DNA from: a virus
Taxonomy: Duplodnaviria > Caudoviricetes
Virus record (IMG/VR): IMGVR_UViG_3300033463_000027
Location: 32,001-96,000 of that record
Length of the DNA: 64,000 nt
Direction: 5' to 3' (one strand)
This document shows, piece by piece, positions 52,370 to 60,777 of this stretch. The notes beneath the pieces are model-generated. The model was not told the origin of the DNA. It made no database searches and saw nothing but the letters and a program-made list of their open reading frames with translations. Made by a program: the position numbers and the translations under genes. The first letter of the stretch is position 1. Each line of letters begins with the position of its first letter.

Positions 52370-53593
52370 ATGAACACATTAACAACAGCAAATGTAAGCG
52401 GAATGTCACTTCCCATTATGGAAGTAAACGGAACAAGAGTGTTGACTACAGCACAGTTAGCGGAGTGCTATGGAACAACGGAGCGCAGGATATCTGAAAA
52501 CTTTAATGCCAACAAAGATCGGTATGAAAAAAACAAACATTATGTTGCTCTCGAAGGCGAAGAGAAACGGAATTTTCTCAACCATACGAAAATTCCGTAT
52601 GGTTCAAAAGCCGCAAAATTTTATCTCTGGACAGAACGCGGAGCTTTACTTCATGCAAAGTCTCTTGGAACTAATAAGGCATGGGAAGTATACGATATAT
52701 TGGTGGACAATTATTTTACCTCTGCTAAGATAGTTACCATCACGCCTACCGATGCTGCTCGAATACTTGCAGAGAATAATCTAAACAACAGAAAAATCAA
52801 TCAAGCGAACGTTCGGAAGTACGCCGACGATATGCTACTTGGTAAGTTTGAACTTAACGGAGATACTATTCGCTTCTACGCCGATGGAACCTTGGCAGAT
52901 GGACAGCATAGACTTATGGCTTGTGTGCTTTCAGGAGTTCCTTTTAAAACCTATGTAGTTAAGGGTTTGGAGAAAAAGGTTCTTCCCACTATTGACTGCG
53001 GCAAGCCCCGGAATATGGTTGAAACTCTGAACATGATAGGTTGTGGAGTAAATAAGATGATAGTTCCTGCGATGAACCTTTACTTTAATAATAGAGCGAG
53101 TCTTACTGCTAATCAGGTACAAGTCCTTTGGGATAAGTATTCGGATAAACTTGAAAAACTATGTACTATATTAAAGGGAAGTCACCACGATCACATTCTC
53201 TCACAGAAAGACGTAAGGGCATACTTTATGCACTTACTGTTAGCGGAGAACTGGACAGAAGATGATGTTCAAACCTTTGTCAACGGATTAAAGACCAAAC
53301 CTAATTGCGCAACCAATTTCGATTATACTTGTTATAATTTCAGACGTTGGTACGACCGCAGGATTCATAGAAAGATTACCGATGGCAAGAAGTGTAAGAA
53401 CAATCCCAAGTCTTTGATGACTATTGAAGGATTATGTACTGTTGCGGATTCGTATATACAAGACAAGCAGTATAACAAGTTTGCTGGAACTAAGTTGACA
53501 CGCGCCAATGGAGTTCTTGAAAGAGGACAAGCGTTAGCTCAGATACAGTTTCAGTTAATGGAATCCTCTAACTTAACATTGACCTCTACTTAA
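52370..53593 (+). CDS. ORF6N + ParB-like domain protein
   Basis: ORF6N N-terminus; NNRKIN...DGQHRL. Confidence 0.8.
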   Translation: MNTLTTANVSGMSLPIMEVNGTRVLTTAQLAECYGTTERRISENFNANKDRYEKNKHYVALEGEEKRNFLNHTKIPYGSKAAKFYLWTERGALLHAKSLGTNKAWEVYDILVDNYFTSAKIVTITPTDAARILAENNLNNRKINQANVRKYADDMLLGKFELNGDTIRFYADGTLADGQHRLMACVLSGVPFKTYVVKGLEKKVLPTIDCGKPRNMVETLNMIGCGVNKMIVPAMNLYFNNRASLTANQVQVLWDKYSDKLEKLCTILKGSHHDHILSQKDVRAYFMHLLLAENWTEDDVQTFVNGLKTKPNCATNFDYTCYNFRRWYDRRIHRKITDGKKCKNNPKSLMTIEGLCTVADSYIQDKQYNKFAGTKLTRANGVLERGQALAQIQFQLMESSNLTLTST

Positions 53594-53657
53594 TTGTTCA
53601 TAGGAAGGGCTTTCGCGGCTGTGCCTAACAACCGCGATTTATAATCGCTTAGAGTGC

Positions 53658-53935
53658 GTCAATAACTCACTGCTTATAGAAGCAGGAGCTTGTAAATGCT
53701 CAAATTGACTACCCTAAGTTCTTCAAGAACTACGTTATGCAAGAATTGTATAAGTTCTTTTATACTAAATAGTTACCCGTGAGCGTTATGCCTAACTTGC
53801 GGCTCTAAGGCAAATGGTTAAATAGTTCTGTGGAGTAGGAACAGTGCTGTTCGCAGTAAAACCTTGCAATAACATTGGGGAAGGCATTTAACAGCTTTGT
53901 ATGTGCTGTCTTACAGAGTAGAACATACAATTTGA
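53658..53935 (+). ncRNA. omegaRNA (HEARO-like) scaffold
   Basis: GTCAA...TTGACT...CTACGTT...AACATTGGGGAAGG motifs upstream of iscB. Confidence 0.8.
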
Positions 53936-55237
53936 CTGAAAGGAGTGTTTTTTGGTGGTATATGTGATAAACAAAAACGGACAGCCGCTTATGCCAACCG
54001 AGAGACACGGTAAAGTGAGACGATTGCTTAAAATAGGAAAGGCTAAAGTAATCAAACGCTGTCCGTTTACTATTCAGCTTCTTTATGCTACGACTGATTT
54101 TGTACAAGAAGTCACTTTGGGAGTAGATAGTGGGAGTAAGCATATTGGAGTATCAGCGACAACAAAAGACAAAGTTTTGTATGAAGCTGATATAGAGCTT
54201 AGAAACGATATTGTCAAGCTGTTATCTGCAAGAAGAGAGGCAAGACGTACAAGGCGCAATAGAAAAACTCGTTACAGACAGGCTCGGTTTAACAACCGCA
54301 GTAAGCCCGATGGTTGGCTTGCCCCGTCAGTGCAACACAAGGTCGATGCTCATTTGACTGTCGTTCGTAAAGTGTATGAGATTCTTCCAATTGCAAAAAT
54401 CATAGTCGAGGTTGCTTCTTTTGATATTCAGAAAATCAAAAATCCATATATTAAGGGAGAAGAATATCAGCAAGGTGAACAGCTTGATTTCTGGAACGTA
54501 AGAGAGTATGTGCTTTTCAGAGATAGTCATGTGTGTCAGTGTTGCAAGGGCAAATCAAAAGATAATATTCTCAATGTACATCACATAGAATCACGGCAGA
54601 CAGGCGGGGATGCTCCCAATAACCTTATCACTCTCTGCGAGACCTGCCATTTAGGGTATCATAAAGGGACTGTGAAACTTCCAAAGACCATAAAGCGGGG
54701 GATGTCTTTTAGAGATGCAGCTTTCATGGGAATAATGCGATGGGCGTTTTACAATAAACTTAAATATATATATCCGAACGTTAATCTGACTTACGGATAT
54801 ATCACCAAAAACGCCCGTATTAAAAACACTCTTTCCAAAAGCCACTTTACAGATGCAAGGTGCATAAGCGGAAATCCGAAAGCTGTATCCGATGATGTAG
54901 TTTTCTATCAGAAAAAAGCCAGATGTCATAACAGACAGATACATAAATACAACATACTCAAGGGCGGGTTGAAAAAGAAAAACCAAGCACCGTATGAAAT
55001 GTTCGGTTTTAGGTTGTTTGACAGGGTAAAGTATCTTGGAAAAGAGTACTTTATCTTTGGTAGGAGAGCATCAGGATATTTTGATATAAGAGACTTACAA
55101 GGAAATAAGGTTAACAAAGGGAGTATTTCCTATAAAAAGTTGACCTTTATCGAACGGGCTAAAACTTATTTAACTGAAAGGAGGAAGGAGCATTCCTCCC
55201 CGACTTTTGAAGTTGGGGTATCCTGCTCCTATTTTAG
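53658..55237 (+). mobile_element. Non-autonomous IS200/IS605-family IscB element
   Basis: Starts GTCAA (omegaRNA 5' end); ends with hairpin GGAGCA..CCCCGACTT/AAGTTGGGG..TGCTCC, followed by ATGA; no TnpA. Confidence 0.8.
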
Positions 55238-55241
55238 ATGA
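53952..55241 (+). CDS. iscB: IscB RNA-guided endonuclease
   Basis: PLMP, RuvC-I GVDSG, RRxRR bridge helix, HNH (HHI...NLITLCETCH), SHFTDA. Confidence 0.95.
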   Translation: MVVYVINKNGQPLMPTERHGKVRRLLKIGKAKVIKRCPFTIQLLYATTDFVQEVTLGVDSGSKHIGVSATTKDKVLYEADIELRNDIVKLLSARREARRTRRNRKTRYRQARFNNRSKPDGWLAPSVQHKVDAHLTVVRKVYEILPIAKIIVEVASFDIQKIKNPYIKGEEYQQGEQLDFWNVREYVLFRDSHVCQCCKGKSKDNILNVHHIESRQTGGDAPNNLITLCETCHLGYHKGTVKLPKTIKRGMSFRDAAFMGIMRWAFYNKLKYIYPNVNLTYGYITKNARIKNTLSKSHFTDARCISGNPKAVSDDVVFYQKKARCHNRQIHKYNILKGGLKKKNQAPYEMFGFRLFDRVKYLGKEYFIFGRRASGYFDIRDLQGNKVNKGSISYKKLTFIERAKTYLTERRKEHSSPTFEVGVSCSYFR

Positions 55242-55331
55242 ACTTAAAGTGATTACCATATAGTAAACGTGCGTATTATAGCGGTTCAGCGGAGTTATAA
55301 ATCCGCGCATTGTCTTGAAAGGAGTATAAAT

Positions 55332-56297
55332 ATGGATAACACAGCAAGAAAGCTAACTATCAGCGGAAACAACATTGATATTTCCGTAGTCAAGTCCAAG
55401 AAAAAGGACAGAATACAATCTAAGATTGTAACCGAGGACGAGTTCGCGGAGATTTATCGCTCTGCTGATGCGATAACTTCTGCAAAGGACATAGAAAATA
55501 TGTGTCTTACGCTCTATAAAAGGGGTTATGTAGATAGCATGGTTCTCTTTATCGTTGGAACCAATATTGGCTATCGTCCTGTCGATTTACAAGCGTGGAG
55601 ATGGGAGCAGATTACCGATGAAAACGGAAACATTCTTCGGAGATTTGCTATGAACGAACACAAGACAAGCAAGATGACAGTAGTTAATTTCAATGAGACT
55701 GTTGTTAAACTTCTTACATGGTATAGGGATTATAAAATGTCTCAACCCAAGTTTATGTGGGAGAATTATGTTTTTTCTGTAAGCATAAAAAATGCGGCAA
55801 GAAGTTATGTGTGGTATGATAAAGAAAACGATATTATCTATCACCAAGATAGGAAACATAAACAGTTGGGGCTTGTATATTATCATGAGGGCAAAAATAT
55901 TATTACTTGTCCTGCGTGTGAAGTTATCGGAAACGAGAAGTATCTTAAATTGCAAAAGCCCATTACGACTGAAACTGCCAGTAACAATTTTATTGAAGCT
56001 GCGGAGAAATGCGGAATTGAGGGACATTTTTCGTCATATACAATGCGGCAAACGTTCAGCTTTTGGTTTAGAAAAACCTTAAAAGAGGACGAAACTCTTG
56101 CAAATGTAGCTGATGAATACTTCTCGACCATGCTGCTGAGTGGATATTTTCAGCATAGCAGTTTAAAGGTCACGCAAAAACACTATATGCGAGATCAAGT
56201 TGCGTTATTCAGACAGATTGTAAACAAGATGAACCTTGCTAAAGATTTTGTGGATTGTCTGGTCGAAAAGGATAATGCAGTACAGATGTGTTTATAA
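55332..56297 (+). CDS. Tyrosine recombinase/integrase-family protein
   Basis: GYRPVD (R), EHKT (K), YTMRQTF, QHSS...TQKHY (Y). Confidence 0.75.
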   Translation: MDNTARKLTISGNNIDISVVKSKKKDRIQSKIVTEDEFAEIYRSADAITSAKDIENMCLTLYKRGYVDSMVLFIVGTNIGYRPVDLQAWRWEQITDENGNILRRFAMNEHKTSKMTVVNFNETVVKLLTWYRDYKMSQPKFMWENYVFSVSIKNAARSYVWYDKENDIIYHQDRKHKQLGLVYYHEGKNIITCPACEVIGNEKYLKLQKPITTETASNNFIEAAEKCGIEGHFSSYTMRQTFSFWFRKTLKEDETLANVADEYFSTMLLSGYFQHSSLKVTQKHYMRDQVALFRQIVNKMNLAKDFVDCLVEKDNAVQMCL

Positions 56298-56358
56298 TAA
56301 GGTAGTTACCGAGGAAACTCGGAAAAATATATTAACTAAATTTTAGGAGGAATTTTTT

Positions 56359-56940
56359 ATGAAAACTTTAAAGGTTACTTGGAAAGGCACAAAGACTCTG
56401 ATTATGCACTCTTGCCAGTGCGTTAATCCCCTTAATCCGATTCAAAAGGAATTGAAAAAGTACACTTCAAAAAGAACCAAAACTGATGAAGATTTACAGA
56501 GAATTTCTGATCTTGAATGGGAAGCTGGGGCTTATTGGAAAGAAGGTATGGGACTTTATATCCCCGGAGAAAATGTGATAGCAACCATTATTAATGGTGC
56601 AAAACTCTTCAAGAAGGGTACTGATGTTCAAAAGTATGTTTCTGTTCCTAATGTGCATATTCCGTTTAATTACGGAGAAAATCTCACTAAGGAAGAACTG
56701 ATTGCTGATAAAGATTATCGTGATGTAAGACCTATGGTCGTTGGTAAGGCAAAGGTTATAAGAACAAGACCAAGATTCGATCAGTGGAATATTACTTTTA
56801 ACCTTGAATATGAAGAGGATAAGATTGACCGTGATGTTGTCATTCTTGCATTAGAAAATGCAGGAAAGTATGTGGGGCTTTGCGATAGTCGCAACTATGG
56901 CTATGGGCGATTTGTCGTAAAAGCAGAAGAGTTGGATTGA
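56359..56940 (+). CDS. Solo RAMP/Cas7-like RNA-binding protein
   Basis: N-terminal beta strand LKVTWKG..LIMH, LYIPG, RTRPRF..W, C-terminal Gly-rich loop VGLCDSRNYGYGRF. Confidence 0.7.
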   Translation: MKTLKVTWKGTKTLIMHSCQCVNPLNPIQKELKKYTSKRTKTDEDLQRISDLEWEAGAYWKEGMGLYIPGENVIATIINGAKLFKKGTDVQKYVSVPNVHIPFNYGENLTKEELIADKDYRDVRPMVVGKAKVIRTRPRFDQWNITFNLEYEEDKIDRDVVILALENAGKYVGLCDSRNYGYGRFVVKAEELD

Positions 56941-56945
56941 GATAG

Positions 56946-57378
56946 GGATTATATGTTTGGTTCTGTTCTGTTGTGTTTCGTTAGGTTCCGTTCAGTTCAG
57001 TTGCGCTAAGTTATGTATTGTAGGTTGTGTTTTGTTTCGTTAAGTCGAGTTTCGTTGTGTTGTGTTGCGTTAGGTTGGGTATTATAAGTTAAGCTCCGTT
57101 GCGTTGAGTTTAGTTGTGTTAAGTTCAGTTTGGTTGGGATAGGTATTATAAGTTAAGTTAAGATGTATTATGTTGTGTTTAGTCAGGTTGCGTTAAGCTA
57201 AGTTAAGTATTATAAGTTAGGTTCTGTTTCGTTGTATTGAGTTATGTTGGGGTTCGTTTGGTTCGGTTATGTTTGGTTGAGCTAAGTATTATAAGTTGCG
57301 CTATATTAAGTTATGTTGAGTTAGGTCAAGTTGCGTTGCGTTATGTTAAGTTGCGTTGGGTTAAGTCAAGCATTATAG
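56946..57378 (+). repeat. GTT-NN pentamer array (74 pentamers, six units, 9-nt GTATTATAA delimiters); candidate guide-RNA array
   Basis: Delimiters at 56946, 57015, 57079, 57143, 57207, 57286 and 57370; units of 12, 11, 11, 11, 14 and 15 pentamers. Confidence 0.9.
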
Positions 57379-57413
57379 GCTTTGAAAAAAAATACCAAGA
57401 AAGGAAAATTATT

Positions 57414-57878
57414 ATGAATGAGTTAATCAACAATAAGACAATCGCGGAGGTTCTTGCGGAAGAAATTGATAAACTTCCCTATGAAACTGTAATCGAGCAT
57501 GGACAAATAGAGTCCATCATCGGAGTTCCGAGAGGTCTGAACAAGTATGGTTCTACTATTGCAAAAGCAAAGAAGTTACTTATAGAGAAGCGGAAACATA
57601 TTGAGAGTATACGGGGTGTTGGTTATCGGATAGTCGCGCCTGATAACGTGATAGATCGTTCACTTCATCACATTAAAAGAGGTTGTAATGAAATCAAAAA
57701 AGGGCAGGAAATCTTAGATCATGCACCTGTTAATGATATGAGTGTAGAGGGTCGTGAAGCCTATCGTAGAGTATATGACAGAGCTGTTATCCTTGATGCT
57801 GCTATGAAAGGCGCTGCCGTGGAGCTTAAAGAGCTTGCGGGTAAACGTCCTCATCCGTTTTTGTTTTGTAAGAAATGA
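57414..57878 (+). CDS. Winged-helix-like protein downstream of array
   Basis: GAAAGGA RBS; IESIRGVGYRI wing motif. Confidence 0.65.
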   Translation: MNELINNKTIAEVLAEEIDKLPYETVIEHGQIESIIGVPRGLNKYGSTIAKAKKLLIEKRKHIESIRGVGYRIVAPDNVIDRSLHHIKRGCNEIKKGQEILDHAPVNDMSVEGREAYRRVYDRAVILDAAMKGAAVELKELAGKRPHPFLFCKK

Positions 57879-57887
57879 GGAATTGTT

Positions 57888-58046
57888 ATGATAGTCTATA
57901 CTGTATTTAAAACTCGATGGAATCCCGATAGTAACTATGACGAAACTTTTCTTATAGACATATATTCCAACGAACAAACAGCTATGCAAGAGTGTATTAG
58001 TTATAATAGTAGTCATGATAACAGTGAAAGTTTTTTTGTTTTATGA
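57888..58046 (+). CDS. Small hypothetical protein (possible frameshift in poly-T)
   Basis: GAGG RBS; alternative frame ends YTVKED*. Confidence 0.35.
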   Translation: MIVYTVFKTRWNPDSNYDETFLIDIYSNEQTAMQECISYNSSHDNSESFFVL

Positions 58047-58075
58047 AGATTATACTGTCAAGGAGGACTAAAAAA

Positions 58076-58540
58076 ATGAACGAAGAAAGATATAAGAAGT
58101 GGTTTGCAGAAGCCAAAGAACAGACTATTGAAACTCTCCCTGAGTTTATGAAAAGAATCTTGGACGAGCCACAAAGTTATGATTCTATTGTTGAAGCAAT
58201 TACTGCTTGTGCGCTCGGAGCTGCTTGGGCGGCAGACCATCATGAGAATGGTGGAATCACAGGCTTTCAGGGCAGTTGGGTGATGTGGCAATTCATTAAG
58301 CACTGGATGTGCAAGGGAGATAGTTGTGGATTAAAGCTTGTTGATTATGATGATATGCTTTATCCTCAGTATGACTATAAGTTCTGCGATAAAACAATTG
58401 ATAGGAGTACGTGGAAAGCCTTACAGAAGAAAGCGGCAGAGTATTTAGCCGAGGGTCGCGGAGTTGCGGAAGTAAAAGCGCACTGGCGGTCGATTGTTAA
58501 TGGCGTTGTTCCTTTTGGTTATACAGTAAAGGAGGACTAA
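58076..58540 (+). CDS. Conserved phage protein
   Basis: GGITGFQ...MLYPQY...HWRSIV.GVVPFGY. Confidence 0.75.
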   Translation: MNEERYKKWFAEAKEQTIETLPEFMKRILDEPQSYDSIVEAITACALGAAWAADHHENGGITGFQGSWVMWQFIKHWMCKGDSCGLKLVDYDDMLYPQYDYKFCDKTIDRSTWKALQKKAAEYLAEGRGVAEVKAHWRSIVNGVVPFGYTVKED

Positions 58541-58542
58541 TC

Positions 58543-59115
58543 ATGAACAAAATAGAAAAGCTGAATGAACGTATTGCACAGCTCACAGACCTTGTGAAGT
58601 CCGGCGAAGAAACAATCTCCGCGACTAAGGAAATGTTAAAGTTAGCGGAGCAAGAAAGGGACAGGCTTGCGGATCAGCGGACGGAAATAGAGCCGAAGTT
58701 TGAGAGAATGCATCAAACTAAATCGTATTGGAGATTAGCATTTGACAATGCGTTTGGTTGTGGAGCTTGGGTTCTTAAACAGGTAGAACGCGGATGGTAC
58801 GATTTCAACAACATGACTGATTTTAAGGGCAATAACTATTTTCACACCGAAAAACGAGCGCAGGAAGTCGCTGACAAGATTAACTTCTTATTGAAGTTAG
58901 AAAGATTACATGACATATATTGCCCCGATTATGTGCCTGATTGGAATGATTTTTTTGCTTGCAAATGGTATGTTTGGATGAATACCGATGATAGGTTATA
59001 TTGTTGCACAAGAACAGCAAGTGCTAAAGACCCTTGTGGAGTATATTTCCATTCGGAAGAAATTGCACAGAAAGTCTGTGACATATTGAACGCCGAATTG
59101 GAGGAAAAGAAATGA
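58543..59115 (+). CDS. Conserved phage protein
   Basis: NYFHT...PDWND...YFHSEEIA. Confidence 0.7.
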   Translation: MNKIEKLNERIAQLTDLVKSGEETISATKEMLKLAEQERDRLADQRTEIEPKFERMHQTKSYWRLAFDNAFGCGAWVLKQVERGWYDFNNMTDFKGNNYFHTEKRAQEVADKINFLLKLERLHDIYCPDYVPDWNDFFACKWYVWMNTDDRLYCCTRTASAKDPCGVYFHSEEIAQKVCDILNAELEEKK

Positions 59116-59418
59116 AACGTTGGAAATATTCTTTAGTAACAGGAAAAGGCTCTTCGAGAGTCTATTCAGAACAATGGTAATAAGGAAACCTTAAAGGCTC
59201 TTAGAAAGTGCTATGAAGAAATTCATAGAGCCACGCCCGATTTGTATGATGAAGATAATCTTGAAAATGATGTGGAGGAAATAGAGAATCAGCTTGACAA
59301 CTGTGAGAACTATGAAGATTATGAAATGAGCGAAGATGATATACTGGTTGAAATCAACTATATGCTCAGGAACTTCTATGACTTTTGTGATGCTAACAAT
59401 ATATGGGTGGGGCTGTAA
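59112..59418 (+). pseudogene. Frameshifted paralog of 49337-49642
   Basis: One extra A in GGAAAAGG (59144-59147); remainder aligns to ...FYDFCDANNIWVGL. Confidence 0.75.
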
Positions 59419-59510
59419 TTAATTGACACCATATATAGTGTATGATGTACTAATGCAACACAATATATTGTATATAAAATACGGATAAAACGAGATTTTT
59501 ATTGTAAGGA

Positions 59511-59801
59511 GTGAGCACGTTGAAAGCGGAAGAATTAATTGATTGTTTAGAAGATATCAGCAGAATGGTATATAGACAGTGGTGTGATGAAACATATTGT
59601 CAGGTTATGGATAAAACAATAAAAGCAGTAAGGAAAACCATTCCTCAGAAAGTAAAATATGACCTATTCGGTGCAGAATGTCCTAATTGTGGTGGACGGG
59701 TGACATTACCAAGCACTTATACCTTTAATGGCAAAATGATTTGCATACGTTGTGATTATTGTGATAGTTGTGGACAGGCATTAGATTGGAGTGATGAATA
59801 A
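59511..59801 (+). CDS. Zn-ribbon protein
   Basis: CPNC...YCDSCGQALDW. Confidence 0.75.
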   Translation: MSTLKAEELIDCLEDISRMVYRQWCDETYCQVMDKTIKAVRKTIPQKVKYDLFGAECPNCGGRVTLPSTYTFNGKMICIRCDYCDSCGQALDWSDE

Positions 59802-60037
59802 TGAAATTTAAAATAGCTATCGAAGTAGAACTCGATCTTTCAAATCTCACAATCGAGATGGTTGAGTCAAATCCCGCAGTCTTTTGTAAGGAGTTTGCGG
59901 AAACTTTAGTGGAGAACGCGGCGGTCGAAGTCGCGGAACAAGGAGCGATACTTAGCTACAAGAACTCTGCTTGGATGTCTGATAAGAACAATGATTATGA
60001 TACTGGTATCTTGAACTACTTTATTTGGAGGGATTAA
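59801..60037 (+). CDS. Hypothetical protein
   Basis: Translationally coupled. Confidence 0.6.
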   Translation: MKFKIAIEVELDLSNLTIEMVESNPAVFCKEFAETLVENAAVEVAEQGAILSYKNSAWMSDKNNDYDTGILNYFIWRD

Positions 60038-60041
60038 AGGA

Positions 60042-60314
60042 ATGAAAATTGTATTAGATATTCCTAAAGATTTTGAACGTCATTATAATAATGATAAGTT
60101 CAAGGACAGCTTGGAAAGAATCAAAGCCGATCTTAATGAGGATTTTGTATTTGCGGGAAACTATGAGCGTGAGCTGCTTGATATGTTGGTAGTAGCTTTT
60201 GAGGAAGCAAGGGTTATTTATTCTACTTGTACACTTAAAGGAATCCCCGTTTACAAAATCAATTGTGATGATATTTGGAATGAAGCCTATGATAAAAGAG
60301 ATGGGGTGAAGTAA
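60042..60314 (+). CDS. Hypothetical protein
   Basis: DKFKDSLERI...GNYERE. Confidence 0.65.
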   Translation: MKIVLDIPKDFERHYNNDKFKDSLERIKADLNEDFVFAGNYERELLDMLVVAFEEARVIYSTCTLKGIPVYKINCDDIWNEAYDKRDGVK

Positions 60315-60493
60315 ATAAAAGCGATTGATGCGCCGGCGCAGGAAGGAAAGTGGATTCCCGTTCCTCAAACTGATATTACAAAAGATTGGAAGTGCTCTAA
60401 TTGTCAAGGACTTGTAACTTTAGCGCATTATAGTAAAAAATGTTATTATGATTATTGCCCTACTTGTGGCGCAGATATGAGAGGAAAGTAAAA

Positions 60494-60757
60494 ATGATTG
60501 AGAAACATATATACATCGCTTATGATGGAAAAGAATTTGTAAATCGAGACACTTGTGAAATATATGAAACGATGTTGTATTACAAAAAGACAAAAGAAGA
60601 ATTGGCGGGATTGCCGAATATAAAGAAGGCAATGTCAGTTATTTCGGAATATTGTACATTACACGCTTGTTGTAATGAATGTCCCATGCTTATTGGTTCT
60701 CCTAAAAGATGTTGTTATTTTAGAGATAAAAGTCCCAATAATTGGCTTAATCAGTAA
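60494..60757 (+). CDS. Hypothetical protein
   Basis: YIAYDGKEF...C..YE; Cys-rich C-terminus. Confidence 0.6.
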   Translation: MIEKHIYIAYDGKEFVNRDTCEIYETMLYYKKTKEELAGLPNIKKAMSVISEYCTLHACCNECPMLIGSPKRCCYFRDKSPNNWLNQ

Positions 60758-60777
60758 GAATGAAAGGAATGATTGTA

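Noticed and set aside
56946-57378. Classical CRISPR array or simple microsatellite
   Set aside because: No 23-50-nt repeats, and the 'spacers' are themselves periodic. The NN positions are too diverse, and the delimiter phase too exact, for slippage.
57237-57413. N-terminal extension of ORF 57237-57878
   Set aside because: It is the pentamer array read in frame; the RBS and ATG are at 57414.
60315-60490. Zn-ribbon ORF fragment (GKWIP...CSNC...YCPTCGADM)
   Set aside because: No valid start codon (ATA); probably a deleted remnant, so not listed as a gene.
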